64,000 nt of DNA from Coriobacteriaceae bacterium (GCA_025757745.1 CP107217.1:272626-336625); one strand, 5' to 3'; shown: positions 1-10,107, numbered from the stretch's first letter. Program-made: numbers and translations. The notes: generated from the sequence alone by a model not told the origin.

Positions 1-1609
1 AGTCGTTCTCCTGATAACTCACGTTAACGCCAAAGCCGGCCATGTCGAGCGCATTGCGCGCCTGGGACTCGGTCATGTCAGTCAGATCGGGAACAGAGGT
101 GGTATCCGGGCCGCTCGAGACCTTGTACGAGATGGTCGTGCCCTTCTCGACTTCTTTGCCGGCATCGGTGCCCTGCTCAAAGACCTGGCCTTCCTCGGCT
201 TCGTTGGCTTCCTCGGAAGCGCTGCCCTTAAGGCCAACGCTTGCCAGCGCTGCCTCGGCCTGGTCCTTGGTCAGGCCAACGAGCTGCGGAACCTCAACCT
301 TCTCGGAGGGCTTGGGGCCCTTGGAGACCACCAGGTTCACGCGCGTGCCCTTGGGCTTCTTGGCGTTGCCGTCGGGGGTCTGCTCGGCAACCTTGCCCTC
401 GTCGACGTCGTCGTTGTAGCTCTGGTCGACGGTGCCGACCTCCAGGCCGGCTTCCTTGATCAGCTCGACGGCAGTCTGCTGGTCCTTGCCCAGCACATCG
501 GGCACGGTGACCTGCTCGCCGCCAAAGAGTCCTGTGGCAAAGGCCACCACGATGCCGATGACGGCAACGGCTGCCACCACGGCGGCGATGATCTTGTTCT
601 TGTTGGATTTGGGCTTTTCGACCTCGTAGGAGCCGGTGGAGCCCGAAACCGAGCTACGGGCGGTATTCTGGCCGCTCACGCCCGAGACGGGACGCACCAT
701 GGCGCGCGTCTGATCGGAAAGCTCGCGAGTCTTGGTGGCGCCCAGCTCACCGGGGGCACCGATGATGCGCGTGGGCTCCGAGACGTTGACGGCACGGCCC
801 GACAGGTAGCTGTTGAGCACCTGACGAAGCTCGTCGGCGGTCTGGAAGCGGTTTGCCGGGTCCTTCTCCATGCACTTGAGGATGATGCGCTCAAGGTCGG
901 CGTCGACACCGGAGTTGATCTGGCTCGGCGGAATAGGCAGCTCGTTGACCTGCTTGAGTGCGACCGAGATGGCGTCATCACCGTCAAAGGGCACGCGGCC
1001 GGTGGCGCACTCGTACATCACGACGCCCAGCGAGTAGATATCCGAGGTGGGGCCGAGGTCCTGACCACGGGTCTGCTCGGGACTGACGTAGTGGGCGGTT
1101 CCCAGCACGTTGTTGTCTTGCGTGAGGTGGCTGTTCTTGGCGCGCGCGATGCCAAAGTCCATCACCTTGATGTTGCCGTCGGGCAGCACCATGATGTTCT
1201 GCGGCTTGATGTCGCGGTGGATGATCTCGTGCTTGTGGGCGACCGAAAGCGCGGAGCTGATCTGCGAGCCGATCTGGGCGACCTTCTTGGGGTCGAGGGC
1301 GCCGTGGCTCTTGATGCCGCTCTTAAGGTCGGTGCCGCGCAGGTACTCCATGACGATGTAATAGGTGTCGCCGTCCTTGCCCCAATCGTAGACGCCCACG
1401 ATATAGGGGGAGGAGAGACCGGCTGCTGCCTGGGCCTCCTGCTTAAAGCGTGCGGCGAAGGTTGCGTCGCCAGCATACTGCGGCAGCATGATCTTGACGG
1501 CAACCGTGCGGTCGAGGACCTGGTCCTGTGCACGGTAGACGGTCGCCATGCCGCCTGTCCCCACCTTATCCTTGAGGAGGTATCTTCCCCCGAGGACCCT
1601 CTGTTCCAT
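1..1609 (-). CDS. pknB: PASTA-domain Ser/Thr protein kinase (PknB/Stk1 type), 3' end outside window
   Basis: Missing from the ORF track because it runs off the edge. Manual translation from ATG at 1609 (AGGAG upstream): MEQRVLGGRYLLKDKVGTGGMATVY..VAVK..IIHRDIKPQN..MDFGIARA, then a TM helix and PASTA repeats (VPDVLGKDQQTAVELIKEAGL..). Last gene of the fha-pstP-rodA-pbpA operon. Confidence 0.93.
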   Translation of the reverse strand, partial: MEQRVLGGRYLLKDKVGTGGMATVYRAQDQVLDRTVAVKIMLPQYAGDATFAARFKQEAQAAAGLSSPYIVGVYDWGKDGDTYYIVMEYLRGTDLKSGIKSHGALDPKKVAQIGSQISSALSVAHKHEIIHRDIKPQNIMVLPDGNIKVMDFGIARAKNSHLTQDNNVLGTAHYVSPEQTRGQDLGPTSDIYSLGVVMYECATGRVPFDGDDAISVALKQVNELPIPPSQINSGVDADLERIILKCMEKDPANRFQTADELRQVLNSYLSGRAVNVSEPTRIIGAPGELGATKTRELSDQTRAMVRPVSGVSGQNTARSSVSGSTGSYEVEKPKSNKNKIIAAVVAAVAVIGIVVAFATGLFGGEQVTVPDVLGKDQQTAVELIKEAGLEVGTVDQSYNDDVDEGKVAEQTPDGNAKKPKGTRVNLVVSKGPKPSEKVEVPQLVGLTKDQAEAALASVGLKGSASEEANEAEEGQVFEQGTDAGKEVEKGTTISYKVSSGPDTTSVPDLTDMTESQARNALDMAGFGVNVSYQEND

Positions 1610-1741
1610 TCCTGCTCCTAACATAACTATTCGCTCAACGATGTGTGTAGTACCTACGATGTGGCCGCTGGGGCCGTGTGGCGCGTTGCCGCTAACTCTT
1701 CGGCCGCGGCGCGCCTCGGGTGTCCGATTCAATCATGGGCA

Positions 1742-4612
1742 TCACGCTCCCTGTGCGGCGAGCGCCGCGGTCAGGACGATGCCGGCAATCTTGGCCGCCT
1801 TGACGTCGTGTTTGTCGTAATCCTCCAAGGCCACCGAGATGGCGACCGTGGGTGAATCGTAAGGTGCAAAGCCAACGAACGTCGAGTTGACGTTGGTGCC
1901 GCCGGTCTCGGGCGAGCCGGTCTTGCCGGCGACCTTGACGCCGGGGACCTGGGCATCGGTGCCGGTACCGGACTGGACGACGGCGAGCATGGCCTGCTTG
2001 ACCTGGTCGGCCGTGGCGGAGCTGACGGCCTGACCCAGCGAGCGGGACTGCGTGGTCTTGACCACAGTTCCGTCCGGGGCGAGTACCTGGGCTACAAAGT
2101 ACGGGTCCATGACCACGCCACTGTTAGCGATGGCGGCGGCAATCACGGCGCTTTGCATGACGGTGGTCTGCGGGCCGGGCGTGTGGTCCATGCCGACAGG
2201 CTGGCCGGCGCCGGCCCAAGCGGTCTCCCACTCGGTCATGAGCGACGGGTCTGCCATGATGGAGGCCGCGGAGGTCAGGTCCTGGCCGAGCTTTTGGCCG
2301 TAGCCAAAGGCGTTGGCAAACTGCACGAGCGTGTTTGCGCCAACTTCGTTTGCCACCTGGCCAAAGACGACGTTGGAGGACACGGCAAAGGCCTGCTGCA
2401 GGCTGATGGTGCCGTAGCTCTCGTTGGCATAGTTGGTGACCGGTGCGTTGCCGATGTCCATGGAGCCGGGCGCCTGGTAGGTGCTGGTAAGGCTGGCGGT
2501 GCCGGTCTCGAGTGCCGCGGAAAGCGTAACGACCTTAAACGTGGAGCCCGGCGTGTACAGCGCGTCCATGGCGCGATTGTACATAGAGCCGTCCTCGCCG
2601 CCGCCAGCCTGCAGTAGGGCGTCGATGTTGGTGTTGTCGTAGGTGGGCGAGCTGGCACATGCGAGCACCGCGCCGGTACGCGGGTCGATGACCACTACAG
2701 CGCCCTTAAAGCCCTTGAGTGCCTGCTCGGCCGCCGTCTGGATGCGCGAGTCGATGGTGAGCTTGGCGGTGTTGCCCGGCTGGGTCTGGCCCGCGAGCGA
2801 CGCGATGGCGTTGTTCCAGCTGGAGTAGTCCTTAGAACCGGTGAGCGTGTCGTTCATGACGCTCTCGATGGCGGTGGTGCCATACTGCTGGCTCACGTAG
2901 CCAACCACGTGCGCTGCCAGGTTACCGTTGGGGTAGGAGCGTACGTAGGTGCCGTCCTCCTGCTGCAGCGACTCGGCCAGCGTCACGCCGTCGGACGTGA
3001 TGATGGAACCGCGCTGGATGTACTTGGAGCGGGCGATGGTGTGGTTGTTGGTCGGCATGTCCTGATAGTCCTTGGCCTTGATGACCTGGACATAGGTGAG
3101 GTTGCCGATAAGGATGGCGAATAGCGCCGTAAAGGCGAGCACCGCACGGGTTAGACGGTTGGCGAGCGCAACGCGGCCGAGCACACCGGATTCAGGCGTG
3201 TCGAGCAGGCGACGGCGCATGCGCGAGCCGACGGAATGGCTGCCGCTGCCGTAGGAAGACGAGGTGGCAAAGCGCGTGCCCGTCGGGGCGGCGGCAGATG
3301 CGACCTGATCATCGGTGATGGCGGCCATAGTGCCGGTGCCGGTAAGCTCGGCCTCGCGTCCGGTCGCTTCGTCACCGGCGCGCAGCAGGAGCGCGACGAT
3401 GATAAAGCTCGCCAGCAGCGAGGAGCCGCCCTGGCTCATAAAGGGCAGGGTGACGCCGGTCAGCGGGATCAGGCGGGTTACGCCGCCAACGATCAAGAAG
3501 GCCTGGAAGCTGATGGCGGCCGTAAGGCCCGTGGCACTAAAGGCTGCGAGGTCGGATTTAGCGCGGGCGGCCGTGGTGAGGCCACGCACGGCAAAGAGCA
3601 TAAACAGGATGAGCACGGCGCCGCCGCCCAAAAGGCCCATCTCCTCGCCGATAGCCGAGAAGATAAAGTCGGACTCGACGACGGGGATGTTGTTGGCCAT
3701 GCCGTTGCCGATGCCAACACCGACCAGGCCGCCATCGGCAAGCGAGAAGAGCGACTGGACGATCTGGTAGCCCTGGCCCTGGGCGTCCTTAAACGGATCG
3801 ACCCAAACCTGGAAACGCACCTGAACGTGAGACAGGAACTTGTAGGCGCCCACAGCTCCAACGGCTAAGAGCGCAAGGCCGATAACGACATACGAAAAGC
3901 GCCCCGTGGCAACGTAGAGCATCAGCAAGAAGATGGTGTAGAACAGCACGGCCGAACCCAGGTCGCGTTCGAAGACGACGACGAGCAGGCACACACCCCA
4001 CACGGCAAACAGCGGCAGCAGCAGTCGCAGGCGAGGGATCTTAAAGCCCAGGATCTTGCGGTTGGAGATGGAGAGCAGCTCGCGGTTCTCGGCCAGGTAC
4101 CCTGCCAGGAACAGCACGATAAAGACTTTGGCGAACTCGCCGGGCTGGATGGTAAAGCCTGCGATGCGAATCCACAGCTTGGAGCCCGAGATCGTGGTGC
4201 CGATAAAGATAGGCAGCATCAGCAGGATGATGCCGATGATGCCAAAGGTGTACTTGTAGCGCATGACCACGTCGAGGTTTTTGACCAGTGCGAGCGTTCC
4301 CACCATCAGGGCCACCGAGACAAACAGGATGATGAGCTGTGAGATGGCGAGAGCGGGGGCGAGGCGTGTCACGAACGTGATGCCGATGCCCGAAAGTATA
4401 AATACGATGGGTAGGATGGCGGGGTCGGCGCCGGGCGCCAAGATGCGCACGGCGATATGTGCCGCGGCGAAGGCGGCAAAGAGGCCGATCGGCACGGCGA
4501 GCGTCTCAAAGGAGATGGCGGCGCCCGCGGTGAGCACGTACATCGCATACAGCAGGATGACGGGGAACGCCGAGGCGATGAGCAAGAGCAGTTCGGTGTT
4601 GCGGCGACTCAT
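1742..4612 (-). CDS. RodA/FtsW (SEDS) glycosyltransferase fused to a class B penicillin-binding transpeptidase (PbpA-like)
   Basis: N-half multi-TM with QPGEFAK, DLGSA, SDFIFS, PLTGVTLPFMSQGGSS; C-half with PGSTFK (SxxK), SSN and KTG; one uninterrupted ORF. ATG at 4612 chosen from the AAAGGGAG ribosome-binding site. Confidence 0.92.
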   Translation of the reverse strand: MSRRNTELLLLIASAFPVILLYAMYVLTAGAAISFETLAVPIGLFAAFAAAHIAVRILAPGADPAILPIVFILSGIGITFVTRLAPALAISQLIILFVSVALMVGTLALVKNLDVVMRYKYTFGIIGIILLMLPIFIGTTISGSKLWIRIAGFTIQPGEFAKVFIVLFLAGYLAENRELLSISNRKILGFKIPRLRLLLPLFAVWGVCLLVVVFERDLGSAVLFYTIFLLMLYVATGRFSYVVIGLALLAVGAVGAYKFLSHVQVRFQVWVDPFKDAQGQGYQIVQSLFSLADGGLVGVGIGNGMANNIPVVESDFIFSAIGEEMGLLGGGAVLILFMLFAVRGLTTAARAKSDLAAFSATGLTAAISFQAFLIVGGVTRLIPLTGVTLPFMSQGGSSLLASFIIVALLLRAGDEATGREAELTGTGTMAAITDDQVASAAAPTGTRFATSSSYGSGSHSVGSRMRRRLLDTPESGVLGRVALANRLTRAVLAFTALFAILIGNLTYVQVIKAKDYQDMPTNNHTIARSKYIQRGSIITSDGVTLAESLQQEDGTYVRSYPNGNLAAHVVGYVSQQYGTTAIESVMNDTLTGSKDYSSWNNAIASLAGQTQPGNTAKLTIDSRIQTAAEQALKGFKGAVVVIDPRTGAVLACASSPTYDNTNIDALLQAGGGEDGSMYNRAMDALYTPGSTFKVVTLSAALETGTASLTSTYQAPGSMDIGNAPVTNYANESYGTISLQQAFAVSSNVVFGQVANEVGANTLVQFANAFGYGQKLGQDLTSAASIMADPSLMTEWETAWAGAGQPVGMDHTPGPQTTVMQSAVIAAAIANSGVVMDPYFVAQVLAPDGTVVKTTQSRSLGQAVSSATADQVKQAMLAVVQSGTGTDAQVPGVKVAGKTGSPETGGTNVNSTFVGFAPYDSPTVAISVALEDYDKHDVKAAKIAGIVLTAALAAQGA

Positions 4613-4628
4613 AAGCGGCACTCCCTTT

Positions 4629-6407
4629 CTAATTCTTATCGGAGGCTTCGGCCTCGGCGGACTGTTCGGCGGTTTTCTCGGAATCCGATTCGGAGGTCGA
4701 ACCCTGGTCGGTGTTATTGCGGATCGTTTGCGCGTCGATCACCTGACGGGTCTGCTCCTCGTCGATCTGATGGCGGTACTTGGAGATGGTGTCCTGTGCG
4801 TCGTCGATGCTCGTCTGCTGAATACCTGCCTTAAGGCGATTTTGTGTGTCTTCGGGCAGGTCGGACAGTTTGATGGTGGTCGTGCTGTCGAGCCAGTGCA
4901 GCTTAAGGCCGAGCGGCTTGCCGGGAATGCCCCGGTAGACCGCGACGGTGTCCTTGTAGGTGCCCAGGTAGTACGAGCCGGTGATGCCTGCGTAGGCCCA
5001 GATGGCTGCCGCCAGCACAAAAGCGATGCCCAGTACGGTGGCAATGGTGATGTTGCGGCGGCGGACGCGCTTTGCCTCGCGCATGACGCCATCGTCGACC
5101 AGGTCGACCACCACCACGGTCACATTGTCGTGGCCGCCGGCGGCGAGCGCCGCGTCCACCAAGTTGTCGACGCAAATCTGCGCGGTCGAGGACTGTGTGG
5201 CGATGTTTTCGATATCGCTATCGGGAATCATGCTCGAAAGACCGTCCGAGCACAGGATCAGGCGGTCGCCTTCCTCGATATGCAGGGTAAAGTGGTCGGC
5301 ATACATGGCGGGATCCGAGCCCAGCGCGCGGGTGATGACCGAGCGGTTGGGGTGGACGCGAGCCTCGTCTGCCGTAATTTCGCCGGCGTCCACGAGCTCC
5401 TCCACATAGGAGTGGTCGCGGGTCACGCGGATGAGCGTGCCCTCGTGGAGCAGATAGGCGCGCGAGTCGCCCACGTGGGCGATGGCGAGCATGTCGTTTT
5501 CGATATAGGCGCAGGTTGCCGTGCAGCCCATGCCGGGCTTGCCAAGCCCGTTGAGCGCAGCCTCGATGACCGCGGCGTTTGCAGCTTCGACGGCGGCCGC
5601 CAGTCGTGCGGCGTCGGCTGCCTGCGGCGCTGTCTTGGCAATGGTCTCGACGGCGATGGAGGAGGCTACCTCACCGGCGGCGTGGCCGCCCATGCCGTCG
5701 CATACGCAAAAGAGCGGCGATTGCACCAGATAGGAGTCTTCGTTATGCGGGCGCACACAGCCAACATCGGAGCGGGCGCCCCACATGAGCTGCGTGGTCG
5801 TGCCGGCGTCGTAGGTCGAGTCAGTCTCGACGCGCTCGTCGGTCAGCGGCTCAAAACTCATGGTCGAGCCGGGGTCCTTAAGCTTGGCCTCCACGGCGGC
5901 AACGTCAATCTCGGCCGTATCGCCGGGCGAGACGGTGTCGGCATCGTTGCTCGGGTCGTTGACGTTGGGCGTGGCTGGCTCTTCGGTTGTACGGTCGACA
6001 GGCTCGTCGTCTTGCGGGGCGACGGCTGCAGGCTCGGACGCTGCGGCGGGTGCCGGCGCTACGGGAAACACCGGTGCCGCGGGCTCGGGAGCCGCAAATA
6101 CCGCGGAGCTCTCGGTAATCGCCGTGGCGACGGGTTCGGCAAAGTGAGCCGGCGCGGGCGTGTCTTGCGGGACCGCGGGCTGCTCGGCAGCGGCGTGCAC
6201 GCCGATGGGGGCGTTACCGCCGTCAGCGGCGTTCTCGTCGTCGGTCAGCGTTGGATATTCTTGCGTTACATGCGAAAGAGGCAGGGAGAACACGGTGTCC
6301 TCGGGTTCCACGGGCACAGGGCCCGCCGGGGCGGCATGAGCCGGCGCGGCCGCGGGGGCGGCCGACGTCTCGGACATGGTTGCGGACTTGTTCTCCTCGT
6401 CGATCAT
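4629..6407 (-). CDS. PP2C-family Ser/Thr phosphatase (PstP/Stp1 type) with long acidic N-terminal extension and one TM helix
   Basis: Motifs RPHNEDS, VCDGMGGHAAGEVAS, HVGDSRAY, CSDGL, GGHDNVT; operon context. Confidence 0.93.
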   Translation of the reverse strand: MIDEENKSATMSETSAAPAAAPAHAAPAGPVPVEPEDTVFSLPLSHVTQEYPTLTDDENAADGGNAPIGVHAAAEQPAVPQDTPAPAHFAEPVATAITESSAVFAAPEPAAPVFPVAPAPAAASEPAAVAPQDDEPVDRTTEEPATPNVNDPSNDADTVSPGDTAEIDVAAVEAKLKDPGSTMSFEPLTDERVETDSTYDAGTTTQLMWGARSDVGCVRPHNEDSYLVQSPLFCVCDGMGGHAAGEVASSIAVETIAKTAPQAADAARLAAAVEAANAAVIEAALNGLGKPGMGCTATCAYIENDMLAIAHVGDSRAYLLHEGTLIRVTRDHSYVEELVDAGEITADEARVHPNRSVITRALGSDPAMYADHFTLHIEEGDRLILCSDGLSSMIPDSDIENIATQSSTAQICVDNLVDAALAAGGHDNVTVVVVDLVDDGVMREAKRVRRRNITIATVLGIAFVLAAAIWAYAGITGSYYLGTYKDTVAVYRGIPGKPLGLKLHWLDSTTTIKLSDLPEDTQNRLKAGIQQTSIDDAQDTISKYRHQIDEEQTRQVIDAQTIRNNTDQGSTSESDSEKTAEQSAEAEASDKN

Positions 6408-6820
6408 CGACGGTTCACCTTCATGACCACGTCGCCAATCTGGACTTCGTCGCCCTCGCGCAGCGTTGCGGGCTCCACCAGCTGGCGGCCGTTGACGAGC
6501 GTGCCGTTAAGCGAGTTGAGGTCCTCGATAATAAGTGCCGGGCCCTGCAGCGAAAAGCGCGCATGCGAGGCCGAGACAAACGGTTCGTTGATGCAGATGT
6601 CCGACGACGGCGAACGGCCGACGATGACGGGGCCGAGCATATCCACGTGGATGCCGCGGATGCCGCGCGGGCCCTTGTCCACATCGATCGTCCAGATGGC
6701 CGAGTCGCGGCGCTGGCCGCGGACGAGCCCCACGCCGGTCTTCATGACGGCAAACAGGAAGATATAGAGCAGGACGACCAGGACAATGCGGCCTGCAAAC
6801 AGGACGATATCGATGTTCAT
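6404..6820 (-). CDS. Membrane-anchored FHA-domain protein (FhaB/FipA-like)
   Basis: N-terminal TM helix; VGR..VSASHA..NSLNGT FHA motifs; ATGA overlap with the phosphatase gene. Confidence 0.88.
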   Translation of the reverse strand: MNIDIVLFAGRIVLVVLLYIFLFAVMKTGVGLVRGQRRDSAIWTIDVDKGPRGIRGIHVDMLGPVIVGRSPSSDICINEPFVSASHARFSLQGPALIIEDLNSLNGTLVNGRQLVEPATLREGDEVQIGDVVMKVNRR

Positions 6821-6826
6821 AAGCGA

Positions 6827-7837
6827 CTATCCCCTAAATTCGAACGTGCTCAGGCCAAACGTCAGCAGGTCGCCGTTGCGCAGCGGGCAGCGCGTGATGC
6901 GGCGGTTGTTGACGAGCGTGCCGTTGGTGGAGTTGAGGTCCTCGATCGACCAGTCCGAGCCCGTAAAGGTGAGCTGGGCATGACGGCGCGACACGTTGGG
7001 GTCGCGCAGGGCGATGTCGGAAACCGAGCGCTCGCGACCGATGGTCACCTGTGCGGAGGTGATGGCGTGGCTCTCGCCGCTCACGACGTCGACAAGCTGG
7101 GCGAGCGGACGCTGCGGGGCGCGAGAGCTTGCCATGTTGGAGGCGATGCTGGCTGCGGCGCCAAGGCCAGCGGCGGCGCCGGTCGCGGCGGCTCCGCCCA
7201 TGCCGGCAAGCGCGTCGCGCGAGACGGTTTGGGGCACGGGGATGGGTGCGGCGGCGGGATCGGGCATATTGGGCGCAAAGGGGTCGGCCACGGCAAGCGG
7301 GTCGGGAGTGGCAGCACGAGGTGCCGGCTGCTGCTGCGGCATAGCAGCGGGGTGTTGCTGCGGGGCGGCAAACTGCTGCTGGCCGGCGCGCGGGGCGCTG
7401 GCGGCACGGCTCGCGGCTGAGTTGTTCTGGCCCAGGCCGTTTTGGTAGGCGCGCTCTTCCTCGTACAGGCGACCGAGCGTAGGGGCATCGACGTTCTCGG
7501 CAAAGACCGAGAACTTGCCGCCGCGCAGCTGCGGGTCGATCATAAAGCGAACGAGGGGCTCGCCGACAAAGACGTAGCGGCGCTTTTCGGCCTGCGCTTT
7601 CACAAACTCGCGGACCTCGCGCGAAAGCTCGGGATAGAACGGGGCGAGCATGGGATCGTCGTCGGCGGCAATCAGGATGGTATAGAGCGCCGGCGCGGTG
7701 TTGACGCCGTTGATCACCAGAGTCTGATCCTCCATGTCGCGAGCGGCCTGCTTGGCAAGCTTCTTAAAGGAGAACGGGGCACGGGTGGTACCGAAGATGC
7801 CGGCCACGTGGTCCTCGAAGATGTTCAGGAAGTTCAC
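6827..7837 (-). CDS. FhaA-like protein (N-terminal DUF3662-like domain, Ala/Pro/Gln linker, C-terminal FHA)
   Basis: IGR..VSRRHA..NSTNGT at the C-terminus; canonical position upstream of fhaB-pstP. Confidence 0.88.
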   Translation of the reverse strand: MNFLNIFEDHVAGIFGTTRAPFSFKKLAKQAARDMEDQTLVINGVNTAPALYTILIAADDDPMLAPFYPELSREVREFVKAQAEKRRYVFVGEPLVRFMIDPQLRGGKFSVFAENVDAPTLGRLYEEERAYQNGLGQNNSAASRAASAPRAGQQQFAAPQQHPAAMPQQQPAPRAATPDPLAVADPFAPNMPDPAAAPIPVPQTVSRDALAGMGGAAATGAAAGLGAAASIASNMASSRAPQRPLAQLVDVVSGESHAITSAQVTIGRERSVSDIALRDPNVSRRHAQLTFTGSDWSIEDLNSTNGTLVNNRRITRCPLRNGDLLTFGLSTFEFRG

Positions 7838-9687
7838 GAAAGATCACTCTCCGTATAGGTTCTTTGGTATCCGAGCAAATAAAGGCATATCCCGACGATT
7901 ATAGAGGATAGGATTCCCGTAACCGCTGCCTTGGCGACGACCGGGCCCGCAAGGCTGGCAATTTCCATATGGTGTGCAAGACAAAACGATACGGCCGAGC
8001 CGATGCCGGCGACGGCAATTGCGACGATGGCGGCAAGGTTCGATCCCTGCTCGGCGCGCTTGGCATGAGCATTGAGCAGCAGCGATGTTGCCGCGGCTAT
8101 TGCTGCAACCAGCACGATTGCAGCGAGAAGGAGCGCGTCTCCCAGCGCTGCGACGACATTGCTAAGCCCCAGTACGCCTCCCGCAGAGAGAGCCGCTGCG
8201 GCAAGGCGGGCAAAGAGTGCGCCCATGCCCGTGGCCGCCGCTGCGCTTGCCGGGCCGAGCCAAAACGCCGCGATGCTCGTGGCGGCTCCGGCGGCAAGGA
8301 GGGCGTCGCCGGTTAGGCAACCCAGCGCAAGCGCGCAGGTGAGCGTCGCGCTCGCAGCCGCCTCGGTGCGTCCCCAAGCAATCCACCAACCGGACATGGC
8401 AGCGGCAAAAATGACCGCGACCGGCAGCATCGACAGGATGCCCTGCGACTGCATGGTGGCGTTGGCCATGAGCACCAAAAAGCCCACGGCCGAGATGGCC
8501 GAGCCAATCTGCGGGGCCAAGCCTGCCGCCGCGCCAATGGCGACGGCCGCCACGACCAGCCCGGGAAGCGTCGCGACGCCGGCTGTCTGCATAAGCAAAA
8601 AGCTGAAGGCTCCGCATGAGAGCGCCGAGATGCCGCGCATGGTGTAATTGCGTGCGCGGCCCCAGCGCGTGCCCGCCCAGCCAAGCGCGGGGTCGACCTC
8701 GACGGTGTCATCCTCGTAGCTCGATGGCTCGATATCATCTGCCACGCACTCGTCACTCGAAAGCTCGCCTACCATCTGCTCCAAGCTGCGACGGCCTTCG
8801 CGCACGCTCCCCAAGCCGGCAAGGAGTCGGTCGCAGAATGCCTCGATGCTATCGGGGCGGTCTTGCGGCATGGGGGAGAGAGCGCTCATGAGCGCCGCCT
8901 CGGCCCCCGGGGGAAAGTGAGGGATCAGTTCGCTGGGATAGGTGGCGCCGCCGATGATGCGGTCGAGCGAGTCGGCAGGCGTGGCCGCCATAAAGGGGGC
9001 ACTGCCGCACAGGCCCTCGTAGATCACGCAGGCAAGGGCAAAGACATCGGCACGTTCGTCGACCGTGCCGGTCTCGATATCGAGCTGCTCGGGCGGCATG
9101 TAGCCGATGGTGCCGCCGCGCGATCCGCCAAAGCCGCCGGCGGACGACAGCCGCGCCATGCCAAAGTCGGTGATCTTTACATTGCCCGAATGGTCGATAA
9201 GCACATTGGCGGGCTTTATGTCCAGATGAAGCACGCCGTTTGCATGGGCAAAGGTGAGTGCCTGACCCAGCGCGTCGGCAATGGCCGCGGCCTCGTCAAA
9301 GGTGAGCGAGTGGCCGTCCACGCGATGCAAAAACTCGGCCAACGACATACCGTCGACATACTCCATGACCAGGTAGGCATAGGCGGTGTCGTGCGTAAAG
9401 TCGATAACCTGCACGATATTGGGATGTTGAAGCATGGCGGCGGTATGCGCCTCGCGCAGCACGTCCATGATGTCGCTGGCGGGCATGCCGGCGCCGTTGA
9501 TAAGGGGGATGCGCTTAATGGCCACGCGACGGCGCAGATGCGTGTCGCGGCAAATCTCGATGGAGCCAAAACCGCCGGTCGCAAGCGTCTCGAGCGGCTG
9601 GTACCGCTTGAGCAGCTCGCGAGAGCTAGTGCCCTCCAAGGGAACGTCCGGCGAGAACCGGGCGGTATGTTGCGAGAAAAGCGGCAT
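7834..9687 (-). CDS. Ser/Thr protein kinase with multi-TM C-terminal half
   Basis: ATGGFGSI, VAIK, LHLDIKPAN, DFG, GTIGYMPPE, ADVFAL; several hydrophobic helices follow. Start 9687 (ATG) or 9693 (TTG). Confidence 0.88.
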   Translation of the reverse strand: MPLFSQHTARFSPDVPLEGTSSRELLKRYQPLETLATGGFGSIEICRDTHLRRRVAIKRIPLINGAGMPASDIMDVLREAHTAAMLQHPNIVQVIDFTHDTAYAYLVMEYVDGMSLAEFLHRVDGHSLTFDEAAAIADALGQALTFAHANGVLHLDIKPANVLIDHSGNVKITDFGMARLSSAGGFGGSRGGTIGYMPPEQLDIETGTVDERADVFALACVIYEGLCGSAPFMAATPADSLDRIIGGATYPSELIPHFPPGAEAALMSALSPMPQDRPDSIEAFCDRLLAGLGSVREGRRSLEQMVGELSSDECVADDIEPSSYEDDTVEVDPALGWAGTRWGRARNYTMRGISALSCGAFSFLLMQTAGVATLPGLVVAAVAIGAAAGLAPQIGSAISAVGFLVLMANATMQSQGILSMLPVAVIFAAAMSGWWIAWGRTEAAASATLTCALALGCLTGDALLAAGAATSIAAFWLGPASAAAATGMGALFARLAAAALSAGGVLGLSNVVAALGDALLLAAIVLVAAIAAATSLLLNAHAKRAEQGSNLAAIVAIAVAGIGSAVSFCLAHHMEIASLAGPVVAKAAVTGILSSIIVGICLYLLGYQRTYTESDLS

Positions 9688-9848
9688 GGCCAACCCTCGT
9701 GCGTTTAAAGTTCGTTTGCGAGCGGCGGGCGCGGGGCCGAGCCGTTCGCGGTGGCATAGATGCTGCTAGTGTAGCACGCTCAGGCGGATGGCGAGGATGG
9801 CGGGATGCGAGGCTGCCTGTCTGGCTTGGCCTTCGTCTCGACCCATCC

Positions 9849-10000
9849 GGAAAGCGCGCCCCAGTTTGCGGCCAAATACTGGGACACGCTTTCCGAATGG
9901 GGTGTGCTGCGGAAACTGCGTCCCAGAATATTGACTCAGAACGGGATACAGTTTCCAGATCGACGCTCAAAAGGAAACCGCATCCCGCTTTGATGCGGGG
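9849..10000. repeat. Array of ~2.5 palindromic 46-bp units (14-bp arm/18-bp loop/14-bp arm), 62-bp period
   Basis: GGAAAGCGCGCCCC-N18-GGGACACGCTTTCC (9849-9894), GGAAACTGCGTCCC-N18-GGGATACAGTTTCC (9911-9956), truncated GGAAACCGCATCCC.. at 9973. Confidence 0.85.
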
Positions 10001-10107
10001 ACTGCGGACAAAAGCTGAACCGTGATCTGGCTCGGATTGGAGTTCGCCTGAATCGTTGATGCTGGCTGGTGTGGGCGTGGAGATAAACGAGCAGCCCGAG
10101 CGATATA

